Part shown: positions 43,900-52,785 of the stretch, one piece after another
Numbering within the stretch: the first letter of the stretch is position 1
Layout of the letters: each line of letters begins with the position of its first letter
Origin: Nitrosopumilus sp.
GTDB taxonomy: Archaea; Thermoproteota; Nitrososphaeria; Nitrososphaerales; Nitrosopumilaceae
Assembly: GCA_965214775.1 (NCBI GenBank)
Contig: OZ243974.1
Span: 256,001-320,000, forward strand
Reading direction: 5' to 3'
DNA length: 64,000 bases
The notes under the pieces: model-generated
What the model saw: only the letters and a program-made list of their open reading frames with translations
Database searches by the model: none
Told to the model about the DNA's origin: nothing
Position numbers and translations under genes: made by a program

Positions 43900-44777
43900 T
43901 CACCAATTACCTCTTTTTCTATGCCTTCAGCAAGTTCCTTAACTAACTCATCTTTAATCCTTCCTTCAATAATTGGGATCTTACTTTGAATGGGTTGCTT
44001 GCTTGGTTCCAAAAATCGGATATAATACTCTCTCCATTCTTTGATAAGTTTCCATAACAAATCATTTACTTGTTCCTCGTGCATACCATTTCCATGTAAC
44101 TCTTCAAGTTTTTTTATATGTGGAATTACTTCATTTGAAATTCTTTTTTCAAAATCTTCTTTGTCTGTTGCAGTAGTGCCAACATACTCATCAATGCGAT
44201 CAATCATGACAAGTATTGATGAAAGCTGTAGATCTTGTGGATTTACACCATGGGTTCTAGACACTCTTGAGATTTCATTTAGTACGCCTTTTATAATATT
44301 GTTAGAACCATATGTGAGAAAATCTTTTGATGAAAATAATAACTTTGTAACTTTTTGTACAGTCTTACTAGTGTATTTAGTATTATCTGTATAACTACTT
44401 TTTTCATCATCTGGGAGTGTCACTTTTCGTGATTTTTCAATAGCACGATGAAAACTAATCCACAGCTTATTAAGATCATTCTTGTCTGATGATACTTGTG
44501 ATAGTACATTATCTGCAAAACTAGAAGTTTGATTAATTATTGATTCTACTCCTGCTGAGTTATTTACATTAAACTCACCATGTGCATCAAGAGCTAGTCG
44601 TCGTAAAAAGAATCCGGTAATGCCATAAAGCTGGGTGTCTGAAACCCAAGCATTTGTCATAATTCTATTTGAAATAATATTGGCAGTCTTGAAATCTTTC
44701 TTTTTTATTGCTTCCAAATAAATTTTCAAGTCTTGCTTGTATAATTTTGAATCATAGTTTGAAGATTCTTCGATCAT
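43896..44777 (-). CDS. Hypothetical all-helical protein (paralog of the 47808 gene)
   Basis: 293-aa ORF; aligns by eye with 47808-48210. Confidence 0.75.
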   Translation of the reverse strand: MIEESSNYDSKLYKQDLKIYLEAIKKKDFKTANIISNRIMTNAWVSDTQLYGITGFFLRRLALDAHGEFNVNNSAGVESIINQTSSFADNVLSQVSSDKNDLNKLWISFHRAIEKSRKVTLPDDEKSSYTDNTKYTSKTVQKVTKLLFSSKDFLTYGSNNIIKGVLNEISRVSRTHGVNPQDLQLSSILVMIDRIDEYVGTTATDKEDFEKRISNEVIPHIKKLEELHGNGMHEEQVNDLLWKLIKEWREYYIRFLEPSKQPIQSKIPIIEGRIKDELVKELAEGIEKEVIGE

Positions 44778-45385
44778 ATTGTGTGCAACAATTTGTATGT
44801 TGGTTATTTAATATATCTATGGTATCAGTCTTCTGTATGAGTTTACCCCTCAGGCGACGTTTCCAGTCAGGGTCTTGGCGACCATCTCACTCACGTTGCA
44901 ACCCTGGGCGCGCCAGTTCATCGTGCATGTCATCAGTACGGTGAACATCTCCATGCCCTCCATGGTACGGAGTCCCTGGAATATCTTGCGCGCAATTACG
45001 GACGGCCTCAGCATGCGCTCGGCCAGGTTGTTGGTGGGCTCCATGCCCGGATACAGCACGAACGTGTACAGGTATTCTGAAGCGTTCCCAAGCTTTGTAG
45101 CAAATCTCGCGCAACCTGCCTCCCTGAATGCTACGGCCAGTGCGCGTGTCTCGACTACCAGCATGTCGTGCTGCTGCTACCTGGTATCGTCCTTCTCCGG
45201 TGGTGGTGGTTCCAGCCCCTTGGCAAAGAGGAACTTTTTCTTGAGTGTATCATACAGCGCGTGGGCCTGCCGGGAAGTCTTGTCGGCATCCTTGGCCTCC
45301 CGGAGTATGTGTGCCCAGCACCACTGCCTAGTCTTGAATACGACATATACACCGTACCCGTCGACTGTAGCTGGTTTGTCATAAT

Positions 45386-45465
45386 AGACTTTATGCGTAA
45401 TCGACCTGAATGAGATGAATTTGTTCGTAATAATCCTAGATTTGAACCAATTACGCATAAAGTCT
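45386..45465. mobile_element. MITE family B inside the IS66 transposase
   Basis: Removal with one AAT restores the frame NFPYYDKP. Confidence 0.92.
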
Positions 45466-45681
45466 AATACGGAAAGTTCGTGTCAACTACTATCCTGCCC
45501 TTGCTGGGTGCAACCAGCGTGTGGACGCCGGTTATGCTGCCGTCCTTGTCCTTGCCTACTACCACCCATATACGGGCCGTCCTGCCGTTGTATGGCATGG
45601 CAGTCTCGTCAATATGCAGATAATCAGAATCTCGGATGGCCTGCTTTATGCCCTCTACGCTGGGCTTTATTGCCTTGGTGC

Positions 45682-45791
45682 AGGCCCTCAGGCACTGCAG
45701 CACGCCTGCCTCTGAGACCTACGTCCTGCGGGCGTACTTTGACATCCAGCTATTAGGCCCTCAGGCACTGCAGCACGCCTGCCTCTGAGAC
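45682..45791. repeat. Perfect 37-bp direct repeat flanking a 36-bp unique filler
   Basis: AGGCCCTCAGGCACTGCAGCACGCCTGCCTCTGAGAC at 45682 and 45755. Confidence 0.95.
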
Positions 45792-46459
45792 GTCCATGTT
45801 CAGGATTTCTGAGCACATTGTGGCCGTGGCCTGTATGGAGGCAGGTGCCATGTGCATTGAAGTTATCATCCCCGTAATGTTTGGTCCAAACTCGGTTCCC
45901 GGCACGTTCCAGTCCCTGTCATCCTCCATACACACGTGGCCGCAGTCGGCGCATTCGCGTTTGTATGCGGTGTGCTGCTGTGTCGTGACCGGTTTGGGCC
46001 TCTTGGGGATCTCAGTCACGGTCTTTGAGAACATCCTTTTGGGCTTCTTCATGTTGGTGCTGCCGCACTTGTCGCACTTTTTGGGGCAGTGCTTTACAAA
46101 TTCGGTCGGCATCCTCTTGTGTGATATTCCCTTGTGTCCCTGCCTGCGGCCCGGCTTTGCCTTTGCAGATGCCGGTACGTTGCCTGATGCCTTTGCAGCA
46201 GCAGTCTTTTTCTGCCTGGTCGGAATCGAGTTCTGCGAGGATGGGGTGTGCGGGTTTTCGTAATATTTGATGTGCTGTTTGAGCTGCTGGTTTTCTGCTG
46301 TCAGCATCGTCTTTTCTGCCGTGACCTCGGCCAGCTGTTCGGTAAGCCCGACTATTGTCAGATCCTTGTCTGCGATGGTTCTATCCTTCCTGCCTAATTC
46401 GGCTATGGTGCGGGCCAGCTCGTCGCGCAGTATCTTGGTCTCTGAATCAGGCATGAATA

Positions 46460-46602
46460 CAGAGAGTTGATTCGAAATTAGCAAACTCTGATTATTTGTG
46501 AACGAATGTGCATGAAACAACTCAAAATATCAACAAAATACAAATTATCTGTGAAATTACTTGAAAAATTCGTATGGTTTCTAATTTCGGATCATCTCTC
46601 AG
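46460..46602. mobile_element. MITE family C
   Basis: CAGAGAGTTGATTCGAAATTAG...CTAATTTCGGATCATCTCTCAG. Confidence 0.9.
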
Positions 46603-46666
46603 GTAGGACGCCTCCCTTATGAGGAGGTCATGTAACGTGGCGGGGGTTCGAATCCCCCTCTTGACG
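46603..46666 (+). pseudogene. 5'-truncated tRNA gene with long variable arm, anticodon TAT
   Basis: CCTCC-CTTATGA-GGAGG anticodon arm; 14-nt variable region; GGGGG-TTCGAAT-CCCCC T arm; TCTTGAC-G. Confidence 0.75.
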
Positions 46667-46858
46667 CAGACTGCCTTCCAAACAATTGATCCTGACCGAT
46701 TATTTGTACGGAACCTAGAAGATAGGAAGCGAATTGCCATCCTGCAATCAGCGATGACGTTTTTGGCTGCAATCACCCCGGTCATGCCGGCCATCCGGTT
46801 TTCTCCGTCTTTGTTCAGGGCTGAATTGGGGATTGATTCTGTCGGGGCATCAGAAGGG

Positions 46859-46985
46859 AGTTGTCGCCTAATTCCATTTATTTGGCTCAATCTGCCAGTT
46901 TTTCTAAACTTCCGCCCTTGTGCACGCCTGATCCACATGGCATCTCAATGGTTTTCAGGAATTCTGATGAATTAGGCGACAACCT
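46859..46985. mobile_element. MITE family F (reverse orientation)
   Basis: GTTGTCGCCTAATTC...GAATTAGGCGACAAC. Confidence 0.85.
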
Positions 46986-47231
46986 CCTGCGCACGACCAA
47001 GAACTCATACACGAAGGAACCTCCTTCCTCAAGAACAACCATATGTGGAATGTGACAAGGATATCGCAGCCACACTCCGTATACAAGACACTTGAGCAGA
47101 TCGTGCAAGATAATACTATTCTATCCGCTTTATTGGAATTTCAATAACACAATACACATTTCCAGATATTACCATTCTAGTACCTCTGTGTCCTTGAGTC
47201 ATGCGAATAAGCCTTTCATGGTTCTTTTTTC

Positions 47232-47313
47232 GTACAACTTCAGGTCCTATTTAAACCGCCTAGGAATCTAGGAAGTATTTGCTTGCCAGTATAAATAGGA
47301 CCTGAAGTTGTAC
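47232..47313. mobile_element. MITE family E (82 bp)
   Basis: TIR GTACAACTTCAGGTCCTATTTA; perfect 8-bp TSD CTTTTTTC; interrupts a small ORF starting at 47382 (-). Confidence 0.92.
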
Positions 47314-47384
47314 CTTTTTTCTAAATTGACATGCAACTCTTTCTCCAAATATGGCATCACCTTCATCTAGATGTATTGGCATGA

Positions 47385-47795
47385 TTATTCAGGGCTATTG
47401 ATTAATTTTCCTTCGTTACGTAGAGAGTCAACAACATCCATTACCAACATTAAATCAAGACCATGCTCATTAGCAAAATCACTCGGATAGAAAATGTCAC
47501 CGACGTTAATTTCTTTCAAGAGAAGTTCACGTATTTGTTCGTTAGTGAGATCAGTATCTTCAGGAACTGCATCCATAGATGTGATTTTATGTTGTTTAAG
47601 AAGTTGCCACATGTTAGCATTATCTACAATTAATTTTTCAACGATAGAACGCAAATGTATGTAGGCATCAACTAAAGAAACATGCGCATCATCTGGTTTT
47701 TGATTTAAAATCCCATCACGAAAATATCTAAGTGATTGTTTGTTATCAGCTATTTCATTATCATGTTCACGTTCAGATTCAACTAGTAGCGTCAT
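47385..47795 (-). CDS. Hypothetical protein with C-terminal winged helix
   Basis: FYPSDFANEHGLDLMLVMDVVDSLRNEGKLI. Confidence 0.7.
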   Translation of the reverse strand: MTLLVESEREHDNEIADNKQSLRYFRDGILNQKPDDAHVSLVDAYIHLRSIVEKLIVDNANMWQLLKQHKITSMDAVPEDTDLTNEQIRELLLKEINVGDIFYPSDFANEHGLDLMLVMDVVDSLRNEGKLINSPE

Positions 47796-47807
47796 AATAC
47801 ATTCTCC

Positions 47808-48210
47808 TCAATCATAGTATGTACGCATTGTCCTTTTAGGTTTATCGTATCTTTGCCATGCTGTTAATTGATATAAAGTGGCAGTGTATCGTACTGCTTT
47901 TAACACTTCATATAATTTAGATAAATCTCCAGAATCATAAACATCAGGCAAAGGTTTTGCAGCTTCGATCATTTCATTTTTTAGCTTGTCAGACACGTCT
48001 TTAGGTACAGAGTAATTTTCTATTGTATGAGACAAATTAGAATAAACAGATTCCAAAACTTCACTGATGAAGACTTCATTTTTTAATTCCAAATTCCAAG
48101 ACAAATTAACTAAATCATGTGCAATCCTGTAACAAACAGCATAATTTCCGTCTTCAAGATTTGCTTGAATATCTTTCAGACGCTCTGAATACAGAGTTTA
48201 GCTCTTTCAT
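47808..48210 (-). pseudogene. Helical hypothetical protein with an indel near the start
   Basis: GAGGT then ATG AAA GAG CTA at 48210; a frame change leads to LYSERLKDIQANLEDGNYAVCYRIAHDLVNLSW and the ORF 47808-48104. Confidence 0.65.
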
Positions 48211-48262
48211 ACCTCAATACAATTCCAGCAGTATGTATATTAGACTTTGCGTAGTCAATGGC

Positions 48263-48430
48263 GTATGAGTTTACCCCTCAGGTGACGTTTCCAGTAATGG
48301 TCTTGGCGACCATTTCACTCACGTTGCAATCCTGGGCGCGCCGGTTCATCGTACACATCATCAGCACGGTAAACATCTCCATGCCCTCCATGGTACGGAG
48401 TCCCTGGAATATCTTGCGCGCAATTACGGA
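48263..48430 (-). mobile_element. IS66 right-end fragment
   Basis: Near-identical to 44835-45003. Confidence 0.9.
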
Positions 48431-48463
48431 CATGATCAGGAAGGCGCTGACCAGAAACCCCGG

Positions 48464-48551
48464 GTACGTGGTCATCTACCTCTAGCAATCCTGCATTAAT
48501 CTGCCTGCAGTTGTAATTTTCATGCCTGAACAGACGGGGGATGTGACTTTA
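48464..48551. mobile_element. MITE family D (diverged)
   Basis: Similar to the reverse complement of 48936-49029. Confidence 0.65.
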
Positions 48552-48801
48552 ATTCTAGGCAGGGGCTTAACCTGTTACGAAAAGTTCTTTGGCAAGAACA
48601 GGCAGCGGTGCTGGGCCCACATAATCCGGGAGGCAGATGCACAGAGTGAAAAAACGGATTCCCCGGAGGTTCGCGCCGCAGGCCAGCGCCTCAAGTGGCA
48701 GATGCATTGCGCCAAGGGGCTGGGGCCGCCGGAGGAGGCTGCCAGGCAGTACGACAGTCGGGTGGCAGAAACACGCGAGATTGCCGCCACATACAAAAAG
48801 G

Positions 48802-48883
48802 GTACAACTTCAGGTCCTATTTATACTGGCAAGCAAATACTTCCTAGATTCCTAGGCGGTTTAAATAGGACCTGAAGTTGTAC
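48802..48883. mobile_element. MITE family E
   Basis: Exact reverse complement of 47232-47313; TSD CAAAAAGG. Confidence 0.92.
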
Positions 48884-48935
48884 CAAAAAGGAAGGATGCA
48901 ACAGCTATGCCACAAAGGTTGACAACGCCTCGGAG

Positions 48936-49029
48936 GTATGTGATCACGTCCCCCCCGTTGGCTAGGCGTGAAAATCATAACCATACGTGACAATTCGTGC
49001 CTGATTGGTAGGGGTAGGTGACCTCGTAC
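48936..49029. mobile_element. MITE family D (94 bp, IS66-type GTA...TAC)
   Basis: Perfect 8-bp TSD CCTCGGAG; partial homolog at about 33638-33676. Confidence 0.88.
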
Positions 49030-49326
49030 CCTCGGAGTTTCTCTACACGTTTATGACGCGTCATGGGATGGATCCCACCAACAACCTAGCCGAGCGCATG
49101 CTGAGGCCGTCCGTAATTGCGCGCAAGATGTTCTAGGGACTCCGTACCATGGAGGGCATGGAGATGTTCACCGTGCTGATGACATGCACGATGAGATGGC
49201 GCGCCCAAAGTTGCAACATAAGTGAGATGGTCGCCAAGACCCTGACTGGAAACGTCGCCTGAGGGATAAACTCATACGGTTGTTGAGAAAACAACAAATA
49301 AACATAATTGACGATTCTGAAAATCA

Positions 49327-49605
49327 TTGTCAAATAAAATCAAATGCTCCCACATCCTAGTTGCCAAACAAAGCGAGGCTTTGGCAATTTTAGAGAGAAT
49401 CAGGGCAGGAGAAAAATTTGGAAAGCTTGCAAAGAAGTTGTCAACAGACACGGGAAGTGCAAAAAAGGATGGCAATTTGGGCTATTTTACCAAAGGAATG
49501 ATGGTAAAGCCGTTTGAAGAGACTGCGTTCAAACTGCAAGTCGGAGAGATTTCAGAGCCAGTAAAATCAGAATTCGGATACCACATCATCAAGAGATTTG
49601 CATAA
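49327..49605 (+). CDS. Parvulin-type peptidyl-prolyl isomerase
   Basis: SHILV, GNLGYF, MVKPFE, FGYHII. Confidence 0.95.
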   Translation: MSNKIKCSHILVAKQSEALAILERIRAGEKFGKLAKKLSTDTGSAKKDGNLGYFTKGMMVKPFEETAFKLQVGEISEPVKSEFGYHIIKRFA

Positions 49606-49640
49606 GCTGACAAATTTTTTTGCATTCTCTGCTTTAGCAG

Positions 49641-49756
49641 GGCGGCCCTCGCTGATTTTCTGGACTGCCATTTCACAGCCAGATGCCCATGTTTGCAATC
49701 AATACGACTGAGAGGCGGCCCTCGCTGATTTTCTGGACTGCCATTTCACAGCCAGA
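49641..49756. repeat. 43-bp perfect direct repeat with 30-bp filler (period 73)
   Basis: GGCGGCCCTCGCTGATTTTCTGGACTGCCATTTCACAGCCAGA at 49641 and 49714. Confidence 0.95.
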
Positions 49757-49954
49757 ATGAATTTCTTTGTGTAGTTTCCTTTCCTTTTGCAGCAAATTTT
49801 TCACTTTTTCTGGTTTTTAGATATCATCATACAAGTAAACTGATCAAAGAGGCTTTGATGATGACTGCCATCATCATATTAAATTCCATGTACGCAATAT
49901 GCCAAAAAAATACACAACACTTTTTTCAAGGAAAACCAGAAAAAAAGAGAGTGT

Positions 49955-50269
49955 GTGAGTGTGGTGGCAGTAATTACAGAAAAGATGCTTGATGAACTGC
50001 TAGACCAATTAGAAAAACCGATAGGCAACCTTGCAAAAGAATCGTTTGAAAACATGGAGCTTGATCAAGGTTTTCAAGGGGTTCATAATTTCCTGGATGG
50101 CCAATTTGACATCCGGTTGGAAAATTTGCTTGTTGCAAAAAATAGCAGTACGCATCACTTGGAATCGGGAATGAAAAACAAGATAATTCAGCGCAAATCA
50201 AAAATCATGAAAGATGCTGCAAAAAAATGTCAGGATCAAAGAAACGCATCAAGGCCGGATTGCCCTTGA
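49955..50269 (+). CDS. Hypothetical protein
   Basis: 104-aa ORF with core-like codon usage. Confidence 0.65.
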   Translation: MSVVAVITEKMLDELLDQLEKPIGNLAKESFENMELDQGFQGVHNFLDGQFDIRLENLLVAKNSSTHHLESGMKNKIIQRKSKIMKDAAKKCQDQRNASRPDCP

Positions 50270-51732
50270 TTCTTTTCAAGAACCTCGGTCATTTTGTTGC
50301 CCATGGATTTGGCCGCAGTCATTTTTCTTTGCCCAATCCAATAGTATGCCTCATCGATGGTGTTTTTAGCAATAAGGACAGATAGTCTTCCAGTGTCCTT
50401 TCGGCCGGTTCTTCCGCGCCTTTGAACGAATCGAATCGAGCTTGGCACATTGTCATAAAAAATCACCTGGTTTACTTCTGCAATATCGAGGCCCTCCTCG
50501 CCCACTCGTGTTGCAACTAGGACATCAAACTGGCCGTCACGGAATTTCTGCACGGTTTCAATTTGCTTTTTCTGCTTCAAGCCAGTTTGTCCGGCTTTTC
50601 CAATAAGAATCCCAGCAGAAACCCCCATCTCAGTTAGTTTGTTAAAAACCAAGTCTACCGAATCACGATAACTTGTAAAGATCAATGCCTTTCCAGGAAC
50701 AGATTCGACGATCTCCTTTAGTTTTGGAATTTTAGAGTGCTCGATGCCACAAGATTGTGCTTTTTTTGCCAAATGAACTGCTCTTGTAAAATTAGGATCA
50801 GCCTCAAAGAGCTCCCTTATACCAGCTCCCTTTTTTGCCTGTGTGCGCTCACAGAATTTCAGGAAGGGGGTAATCCCATGCACCTCCAAGATGTTCAGGG
50901 CATAGTGAATTCGGATTGCAGTAAACAAGGGCTTTGCAGAACGCCTGCTTTGACTCAGCACGTATTGTCGACTCTTCAACAGTCCAGACAGGGACTGTCG
51001 TTCTGTAAACCTGATGCCGTTTTTTCTTAATGTATCGTATCTTTCATCCAATGCAGTCTTCAATAACGTCTGAATTGATTTTAGTTCTGAAGGAAGCTCA
51101 ACATTAATCCATTTGATGTTCGTCTCTTGGATGTACGGTTTTACATCAGGACTGTCTTCGGTACGTTCTGCAACACTGGAAATTCTTAGTTTTTTCAGAA
51201 TTTCAATCGCTTTTTCTTTTTCACTTGGCAGTGTGGCAGTCATGCCAACTATTCGGACGTCGTTGTTTTCAAGGCGTTCAGCAATTCCAGAATAGGCATA
51301 ATCTCCGACGGTCCTATGTACCTCGTCAAAAATTACAAGCGAGAATTGATCAGAAGAGATGATTTGTCTATCCAGATCATTTTTTGTGATTTCAGGAGTG
51401 GCACAGATTACGCTGTTGTTCCAAAGCTTCGTTCTTTTTTGAACTGTATCCTCACCTGTGACCAGCGAGATATCATCCAGGGTAAGGCTGTCTTTTAGGA
51501 ATTCATAGTGCTGGTTTACAAGAACACGGGTGGGTGCCAGAAACAAAACGCCGCCTGTCCCCCTTGACAGGTATTCGGCAATTACCTGCAATGCAATTGC
51601 AGTCTTTCCCAGACCGGTAGGCAAAACCACAACACAATTCTCGCCAATGGCCTGATTTGCCAGATTTACCTGATAGTCTCTTTTTTCAACAGAGCCGCTC
51701 CGGACATATTTCCTCTCAATGTACTGGGTCAA
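50236..51732 (-). CDS. Hef/Mph1(FANCM)-like DEAH helicase
   Basis: LPTGLGKT, DEVH, TAT, GEEGLDI, QRRGRTGR; C-terminal PIP-like QSGLDAFL. Confidence 0.92.
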   Translation of the reverse strand: MTQYIERKYVRSGSVEKRDYQVNLANQAIGENCVVVLPTGLGKTAIALQVIAEYLSRGTGGVLFLAPTRVLVNQHYEFLKDSLTLDDISLVTGEDTVQKRTKLWNNSVICATPEITKNDLDRQIISSDQFSLVIFDEVHRTVGDYAYSGIAERLENNDVRIVGMTATLPSEKEKAIEILKKLRISSVAERTEDSPDVKPYIQETNIKWINVELPSELKSIQTLLKTALDERYDTLRKNGIRFTERQSLSGLLKSRQYVLSQSRRSAKPLFTAIRIHYALNILEVHGITPFLKFCERTQAKKGAGIRELFEADPNFTRAVHLAKKAQSCGIEHSKIPKLKEIVESVPGKALIFTSYRDSVDLVFNKLTEMGVSAGILIGKAGQTGLKQKKQIETVQKFRDGQFDVLVATRVGEEGLDIAEVNQVIFYDNVPSSIRFVQRRGRTGRKDTGRLSVLIAKNTIDEAYYWIGQRKMTAAKSMGNKMTEVLEKNQGQSGLDAFL

Positions 51733-51852
51733 TTACAGAAAAATCCGTGTTTGTAGATTTTATGCTTTCGTGTTGTAAAAGACTAGTCAGAGCTCAATGT
51801 TGAAAACACGCCAAAATTGAGCCTAAAAAGATAGGAATGGGGTGTGTGGAGG

Positions 51853-52044
51853 CTAGTCCAGCTTCTTCTTTAATTTGTTGACCAGGGCCATCTCCTCACG
51901 AAGATGTTTTTTCAGTAAACGATCATGAGCTTTTTTGTGAACACTGTAGGCATTGTTCAAAGATTTTTTGGTCTTTGCCCTTTTTACAGCATTTTGAAAC
52001 TTTTTGTGTATGGCGTTTACTTGAGATGAATAACTTGCCATCAC
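51853..52044 (-). CDS. Small basic hypothetical protein
   Basis: 63-aa Lys-rich ORF. Confidence 0.65.
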   Translation of the reverse strand: MMASYSSQVNAIHKKFQNAVKRAKTKKSLNNAYSVHKKAHDRLLKKHLREEMALVNKLKKKLD

Positions 52045-52096
52045 AAGGATCTTCTAAAAGATACTAAAGAAGTTTGTGCATCTGCTATTCATTCAT

Positions 52097-52179
52097 TATG
52101 GCAACGGGCACAAGTCTTTGAGTCAAAGTAGGTCATAACTACGCGTAAAAAACCTCAATTATTTCTGCTCGCTGCCATA
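52097..52179. mobile_element. MITE family H
   Basis: TATGGCAACGGGCA...GCTGCCATA. Confidence 0.85.
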
Positions 52180-52256
52180 ACAGGACACAGACAGGATGAT
52201 CGGCATCCAAATTTTCATAGCGTGATCCATATATTGAACAAAGCTGGAACAACTGT

Positions 52257-52781
52257 GTGAGTACGTTTGAGAGGCCCAACTGGGACGAATATTTCATGCT
52301 TCAGGCAGAACTGGCAAAATTAAGATCAAACTGCATGGCAAGGCAAGTTGGCGCAGTCATTGTCAGAAACAACAGGCAGCTGGCAACGGGGTACAACGGA
52401 ACTCCTCCGGGAATTACAAACTGCTTTGATGGCGGATGTGCCAGGTGCAAGCTAAGAATGGAGGGAAAAGTGGAATCCGGGGAATCGTTGGACAGGTGTC
52501 TGTGCAACCATGCCGAGGCAAACGCGATTATGCATTGTGCCATATTAGGAATCGAGGCCGGAATAGACGGCGCGATCCTATACACAACGTTCGTTCCGTG
52601 CCTAGAATGCTCCAAAATGGCAATTACAATCGGAATTAGAAAATTTGTTTGCCTTGACTTGTATCCGGAGACGGACTTTGGTTTGCTTCAGGATGCGGGA
52701 GTGGAGGTTGTTCAGCTAGACAAGGGGAAGATTGCAAGATGGGTAAGAGAACTCGCAAGTAGGCACGAAAAATCTGTGTGA
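52257..52781 (+). CDS. dCMP deaminase family protein
   Basis: TGYNG, HAEANAI, PCLEC. Confidence 0.92.
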   Translation: MSTFERPNWDEYFMLQAELAKLRSNCMARQVGAVIVRNNRQLATGYNGTPPGITNCFDGGCARCKLRMEGKVESGESLDRCLCNHAEANAIMHCAILGIEAGIDGAILYTTFVPCLECSKMAITIGIRKFVCLDLYPETDFGLLQDAGVEVVQLDKGKIARWVRELASRHEKSV

Positions 52782-52785
52782 TAAA

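Larger units (their letters stand above)
44835..46459 (-). mobile_element. IS66-family element relic (transposase pseudogene 44850-46454; left end lost)
   Basis: IR GTATGAGTTTACCCC; NPHTPSS, KPG..GHKG, CDKC Zn finger, HIDET, CWAHILRE, PTNNLAERMLR. Broken by a 73-bp insertion, MITE B and a TAG at 45177. Confidence 0.92.
48579..49277 (+). mobile_element. IS66 transposase 3' relic with right IR and two nested MITEs
   Basis: QRCWAHIIRE..PTNNLAERMLRPSVIARK; ends GATAAACTCATAC. Confidence 0.9.
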
